Source: an uncultured Pseudomonadota bacterium (GTDB lineage Bacteria; Pseudomonadota; Alphaproteobacteria; Rs-D84). Taken from it: a DNA stretch of 49,207 nt. The notes beneath the pieces are model-generated. The model saw only the letters and a list, made by a program, of their open reading frames with translations, did not search any database and had not been told where the DNA came from. A program made the position numbers and the translations under genes. The stretch's first letter is position 1; each line of letters begins with the position of its first letter. This document shows, piece after piece, positions 45,256 to 49,207 of this stretch. The DNA lies in assembly GCA_902799285.1 (NCBI GenBank), contig CADCAA010000002.1, forward strand, positions 1-49,207. The letters are read 5' to 3'.

Positions 45256-46443
45256 ATGAAATTGAAATCATTTAGTTTATTGACTGTGTTGGCGTGTGTG
45301 GCCGCATTTGATGCGTCGGCCGCGGGTCGCAGTAATATGTATTCTAATATAAATATGCGAAATGCCGAAGGCAGCACCATCCAAATAAATCGTGGGTATT
45401 CTGAAACCAATTATGATACCGATTATGGTTATGTGAAACGCACGTCTGGGAATACAGCGCATGCCGCGCCGGTGGCAAATCGTTCGGGGGCGTATGATAA
45501 TGTTGAAACATCGCATCGTTATCAACGCGCGGAACAGCCGGTACGTGAAACAAAACGCACATATACCGAAGGTAAAACATATCGCAAGACCGCTATGCGT
45601 AAATATTTTATTGCGAATCCGTTTTATCAGCCGTTAAAGGGTCAATTTGGTTCGGTGACAACCGGTGAATATATGCAGGGCAAGTATAAATTCGCAGATG
45701 TGAACAGAAAATTGACTGAATTGTCTATCAAGGAAGATTTAAGTTATGGTTTGACCGATCGTATCGCGTTGCAGGGTATGGCGAAATATAATTCTGATAA
45801 ATTGATTTGGGAAAATGCAACCGGTGGTAAAGACGAATATAAAAATCATGATTTGAATTTGTATGGTTTGGGTATCCAAGGACGCATCGTTGATACAAAT
45901 GATTGGATTGCGACTTTGTCGGGTTATTACGAACATCAAAAGCATGGTGTGGATTACTTTATTGCCGATATCAAGGCCGGGTACAAGGTTGCGTCGACAA
46001 CCATATATGGTTTGGCACGTGGCTGGGCGATTGATATGGATGGTGATGTCTATGGCGATTATATCGAAAATAATTTGAATGAATGGGCATTGTTGGTCTA
46101 TGGCGACAGTACCGATACTTTGTTCATGGGTGAATTGGGTGCCGGTGTTTGGTCTGTGTTGGCCCAGGATTGGACATTAAATGTCGAAGGTTTATACGGG
46201 TTCTATGATTGGCATAATCAGTTGTCAATCAAGGGTGCATTCGGTTGGCAGCCAAATGATTATTTCGCTTTGAATTTATATGCGAAAACATCCCTGTATG
46301 ATTCGGCGAATAAAAAGCATTTGGATTTGCATTGGGGTAATATGCCGATAAACGGGACAGAATATGCCGCCAATGTTGCAAATGTCGAATTGTCGAAATA
46401 CAAAGAATGGTCTGTGGGTTTACAGGTGATGTTCCAATTCTAA
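45256..46443 (+). CDS. outer-membrane beta-barrel protein with a long N-terminal extension
   Basis: The signal peptide is ...AAFDASA/AG. The C-terminal half has an alternating beta-strand pattern and ends in a terminal Phe (VMFQF). An AAGGAG SD precedes the start. Confidence 0.6.
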   Translation: MKLKSFSLLTVLACVAAFDASAAGRSNMYSNINMRNAEGSTIQINRGYSETNYDTDYGYVKRTSGNTAHAAPVANRSGAYDNVETSHRYQRAEQPVRETKRTYTEGKTYRKTAMRKYFIANPFYQPLKGQFGSVTTGEYMQGKYKFADVNRKLTELSIKEDLSYGLTDRIALQGMAKYNSDKLIWENATGGKDEYKNHDLNLYGLGIQGRIVDTNDWIATLSGYYEHQKHGVDYFIADIKAGYKVASTTIYGLARGWAIDMDGDVYGDYIENNLNEWALLVYGDSTDTLFMGELGAGVWSVLAQDWTLNVEGLYGFYDWHNQLSIKGAFGWQPNDYFALNLYAKTSLYDSANKKHLDLHWGNMPINGTEYAANVANVELSKYKEWSVGLQVMFQF

Positions 46444-46463
46444 TAATCGTGGGTGTTTGATTC

Positions 46464-47189
46464 ATGAAAAAATTATTATATGGTGTTGTCGGATTTTCTT
46501 TGTTGTGTGGTTCGGCATACGCAGACGATGAATTTTTAATGGCCGATACTTCGGACCCGTTGTATATGTTGCAGCAGGATCATTTGTTGTCGACAACGTC
46601 TGTGGATTACGGTAATGATATTTTAAGATTAGGCCAGTCGTTTACGTACGGATTGAATGACAGGCTGAATGTTAATGCAAATGTGCACTATCAATTCGAT
46701 TTTGTGCATCATCGCCGTGAGCGCGGATTTTCCAGTATCGAATTGGCGGGCACATATCGTGCGGGATTGGCCGATGATAATTCTGCGCGTGTGTCGAGTG
46801 ACGTTTTGTTTGGTGCGCGATTTGCCGGAAATCGTCATGTCAGGGAACCGGACTTTGCAAAGTCAACATATTTTGCGGGGTTGCGCGTTGGTCGTCAGTG
46901 GGCCGGTGTGTCGTTATCTGGGACCGTGAAATCGACGTGGGTGTTTGATGATACACGTGGTATGTCGTATATCGATTTTATGCCTGATGCGTATTTCCGT
47001 ATGGTTGATGGTTGGCGGTTGGGCGTTGGTGCAACAATTCGCGTGGCAACAAATCCGGACTTTGATAAAGAATGGCTGCGGTTCAAATTGGCGCGTCAAT
47101 TCGGGCGGACGCAATATGCTGCAACATATTCGTATGAATACGAACGTGAAGAGTCCGCCGTTGGAATGTATTTGAACATATTGTTTTAA
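46464..47189 (+). CDS. outer-membrane beta-barrel protein (distant paralogue of the upstream gene)
   Basis: The signal peptide is ...CGSAYA/DD and the protein ends in a terminal Phe (LNILF). The block SFTYGLNDRLNVNANVHY resembles DLSYGLTDRIALQGMAKY in the upstream protein. Confidence 0.6.
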   Translation: MKKLLYGVVGFSLLCGSAYADDEFLMADTSDPLYMLQQDHLLSTTSVDYGNDILRLGQSFTYGLNDRLNVNANVHYQFDFVHHRRERGFSSIELAGTYRAGLADDNSARVSSDVLFGARFAGNRHVREPDFAKSTYFAGLRVGRQWAGVSLSGTVKSTWVFDDTRGMSYIDFMPDAYFRMVDGWRLGVGATIRVATNPDFDKEWLRFKLARQFGRTQYAATYSYEYEREESAVGMYLNILF

Positions 47190-47190
47190 T

Positions 47191-47220
47191 AAAAATAACG
47201 CCAAATCGGCGTTATTTTTT
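47191..47220. terminator. bidirectional rho-independent terminator (OMP gene / rarA)
   Basis: ATAACGCC (47195-47202) / GGCGTTAT (47208-47215) are flanked by A- and T-runs. The hairpin overlaps the rarA stop (47212-47214). Confidence 0.7.
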
Positions 47221-48495
47221 ACTGTTTAATTTTTCGCGCAGGTTATCCCAATAGTCTACGCGTTTTTTTATCTCGCGCTCGAACCCGCGTTCGACGGGGG
47301 TATATAATTTTTGGCGTGACATACTTTCGGGAAAACAATTTTGACCAGAAAAACCGGATGCTGTGTCGGGTTCGTATATGTATCCTGCGCCGTATCCCAT
47401 ATCGCGCATCATTTTTGTTGGTGCGTTCAGGATGTTTTTTGGTGGGGGCAGGCTGCCCGTTTGTTTGGCGACCGCGTATGCCGCGTGGATGGCGCGGTCA
47501 CTGGATGTGCTTTTTGGTGCGGTGCCCAGATATATGACCAATTCGGCCAGGGCGATGTCGCCCTCGGGACTGCCCAATCTTTCATATGCCTGCCACGCGG
47601 AAATCGCGATTTGTAATGCGTTTGGATCGGCCAGACCGACATCCTCCATCGCGAATCGGGTGAGTCTGCGAAATATATATCGTGCATCCTGGCCGGATGT
47701 CATCATGCGGGCAACCCAATACAATGCGGCGTCTGTGTCAGATGCGCGCAGTGATTTATGCACGGCAGAAATTAAATTATAATGTTCGTCGCCGGATTTG
47801 TCGGACAGCGGTGCGCGCTTTTGTATTGCGTTGTCCAATGCGTCGGCATCTAAATCTTTCTTGAAATTTGCGTTGATTAAATATTCAACAGTGTTTAATA
47901 AAAATCGTGCGTCGCCGTCCGCCATTTGGGCCAGGTGGATTTTGGCATCCGTGGTTAATGGTAATTTTTTATTCAAAAATTTTTCTGCGCGGTCGATTAA
48001 AATCATTAAATCATCTGTGCCCAATGCCGTCAGTACCCCAATATGGCAACGCGACAATAATGCGTTATTCAAATTAAAACTGGGGTTTTCGGTGGTTGCA
48101 CCCATAAAGACCACGGTGCCATCCTCTAGGTACGGCAACAAGGTATCTTGCTGGGTTTTATTAAAGCGGTGAATTTCGTCGATAAACAATAATGTGCCGC
48201 GCCCGATTTCACGATTCATACGGGCGGCATCCATCGCCTTTTTAATGTCGGCAGACCCGGAAAATACGGCGGACATTGGAACAAAATCCATATCGACGGT
48301 ATGTGCCAATGCGCGTGCGATTGTGGTTTTGCCGCATCCCGGTGGACCCCATAAAATCAAATTGGATAATTTATGATTGTCGACCATACGGCGTATCAGG
48401 CCGGTTTCGCCCAGTAAATTTTGTTGGCCCACTATATCATGGATGTTTTCGGGGCGCATCAAATCGGCAAGTGGTCTGGATTCATTGTTTTTCAT
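47212..48495 (-). CDS. rarA: replication-associated recombination protein A (MgsA/RarA AAA+ ATPase)
   Basis: Walker A GPPGCGKTT, Walker B LFIDEIHRFNK and a MgsA C-terminal domain are present. It is 427 aa. Confidence 0.9.
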   Translation of the reverse strand: MKNNESRPLADLMRPENIHDIVGQQNLLGETGLIRRMVDNHKLSNLILWGPPGCGKTTIARALAHTVDMDFVPMSAVFSGSADIKKAMDAARMNREIGRGTLLFIDEIHRFNKTQQDTLLPYLEDGTVVFMGATTENPSFNLNNALLSRCHIGVLTALGTDDLMILIDRAEKFLNKKLPLTTDAKIHLAQMADGDARFLLNTVEYLINANFKKDLDADALDNAIQKRAPLSDKSGDEHYNLISAVHKSLRASDTDAALYWVARMMTSGQDARYIFRRLTRFAMEDVGLADPNALQIAISAWQAYERLGSPEGDIALAELVIYLGTAPKSTSSDRAIHAAYAVAKQTGSLPPPKNILNAPTKMMRDMGYGAGYIYEPDTASGFSGQNCFPESMSRQKLYTPVERGFEREIKKRVDYWDNLREKLNSKK

Positions 48496-48530
48496 TATGT
48501 TTGACTTTCGTTTTATTTATAGTTTATTTG

Positions 48531-48539
48531 TGGTATAAT
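48531..48539 (+). promoter_or_regulatory. extended -10 element TGGTATAAT upstream of the mucR-like gene
   Basis: TGGTATAAT lies at 48531-48539. This 9-mer is identical to the one at 18109-18117. Confidence 0.4.
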
Positions 48540-48566
48540 CTTAGTAAATAAAAGGATTTTTGGCAA

Positions 48567-48929
48567 ATGGTAAATAATATTAAAAATAATGACTTTACTT
48601 TGGCGGTTGCAAATTTGGCGGCGGCGGCAATGGCGAATAATCCCGGGTTGTCTATGGTGGATGCGGTTAATGCGGCGCGGGCAACTTTGCGTGGGACAAA
48701 TGTTTCGGCCCAGCAAATTGCGGATTCTGTGCAGCCGGATAAAATACAATGTTTAGAGGATGGGACGTGGCATGTTATGTTGCGGCGATATTTGAAACGG
48801 CGGTTTAATATGACGCCTGAACAATATCGTGCAAAATGGGATTTGCCGGATGATTATCCTTTTGTTGCACCGAATTATGCGCGCGTGCGATCCAAAATTG
48901 CAAAAAAATCTGGATTGGGTAAAAAGTAA
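48567..48929 (+). CDS. MucR/Ros-family transcriptional regulator, zinc ligands mostly substituted
   Basis: The C-terminal MTPEQYRAKWDLPDDYPFVAPNYARVRSKIAKKSGLG is the Ros/MucR signature. The finger region reads CLEDG....LRRYLKRRF instead of CLECG....LKRHL..HH. Confidence 0.8.
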   Translation: MVNNIKNNDFTLAVANLAAAAMANNPGLSMVDAVNAARATLRGTNVSAQQIADSVQPDKIQCLEDGTWHVMLRRYLKRRFNMTPEQYRAKWDLPDDYPFVAPNYARVRSKIAKKSGLGKK

Positions 48930-48965
48930 AAAATACCGGAATCAATGCGTATAGGGGCGGATAAA

Positions 48966-49207
48966 ATGAAAGTTTATGTGAATTACAATAATAAAAAATG
49001 GAAAAAGTATAATATAGATTTTGAAAAAATCGCCAATGCGGTTGTGGGCAGAAAGTATGCGGATTCCGAGGTTTCTATTATATTGACTGATGATGCGGAA
49101 ATTCATGCGTTGAATCGTGTGTATCGAAATATGGACAAGCCGACAAATGTTTTGTCTTTTGAATTAGGGGACGATGTTTTGTTGGGTGATATTTATATAT
49201 CGCTGGA
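48966..49207 (+). CDS. ybeY: rRNA maturation endoribonuclease YbeY, 3'-truncated by the window edge
   Basis: My translation is MKVYVNYNNKKW...VSIILTDDAEIHALNRVYRNMDKPTNVLSFELGDDVLLGDIYISL, which is the typical YbeY N-terminal half. It is not in the ORF track because there is no stop inside the window. Confidence 0.8.
   Translation, partial: MKVYVNYNNKKWKKYNIDFEKIANAVVGRKYADSEVSIILTDDAEIHALNRVYRNMDKPTNVLSFELGDDVLLGDIYISL

Overview
This is a 49.2 kb stretch of a compact, moderately AT-rich Gram-negative chromosome. All calls come from reading the sequence and the ORF track; no searches were run.

Likely origin: probably an alphaproteobacterium. The evidence is a MucR/Ros-type regulator, an alpha-type AddB, a DUF721/DciA-like gene, SecB and LptF/G. 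This is inference, not a database hit.

Core content: most of the window is housekeeping and densely packed, with ATGA/TAATG overlaps and bidirectional terminators that overlap stop codons.
- Recombination, repair and segregation genes are frequent: addB, xthA, ruvA, ruvC, recA, xerD, mutL, ftsK, rarA.
- Other core genes are rsmI', engB, mnmE, yebC, mltA, secB, typA, serS, trxB, greA, yajC-secD-secF and ybeY'.

Non-core content, in order of interest:
1. A family of about 105-nt long-hairpin elements sits at the 3' ends of yebC, an MFS gene and ftsK. Loops and centre are conserved and the stems covary. Two half copies lie next to the first element.
2. A 240-aa head-only class-II (CCA/poly(A)-polymerase-like) nucleotidyltransferase lies between yebC and ruvC, just downstream of that repeat cluster.
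3. Three tandem paralogous AMP-forming acyl-CoA-synthetase-like genes form one operon.
4. An orphan 731-aa secreted protein is cysteine-rich and has a Q/M heptad tract.
5. A seven-gene island consists only of glycosyltransferases, between recA and typA.
6. An S41-peptidase-like protein appears to have both catalytic residues substituted.
7. A MucR/Ros homologue retains only one of four zinc ligands.
8. A 42-codon membrane ORF, below the ORF-track cutoff, is coupled to xerD.
9. Two tandem paralogous beta-barrel outer-membrane proteins follow ftsK.

I saw no rRNA, tRNA, CRISPR array, transposase or phage genes.
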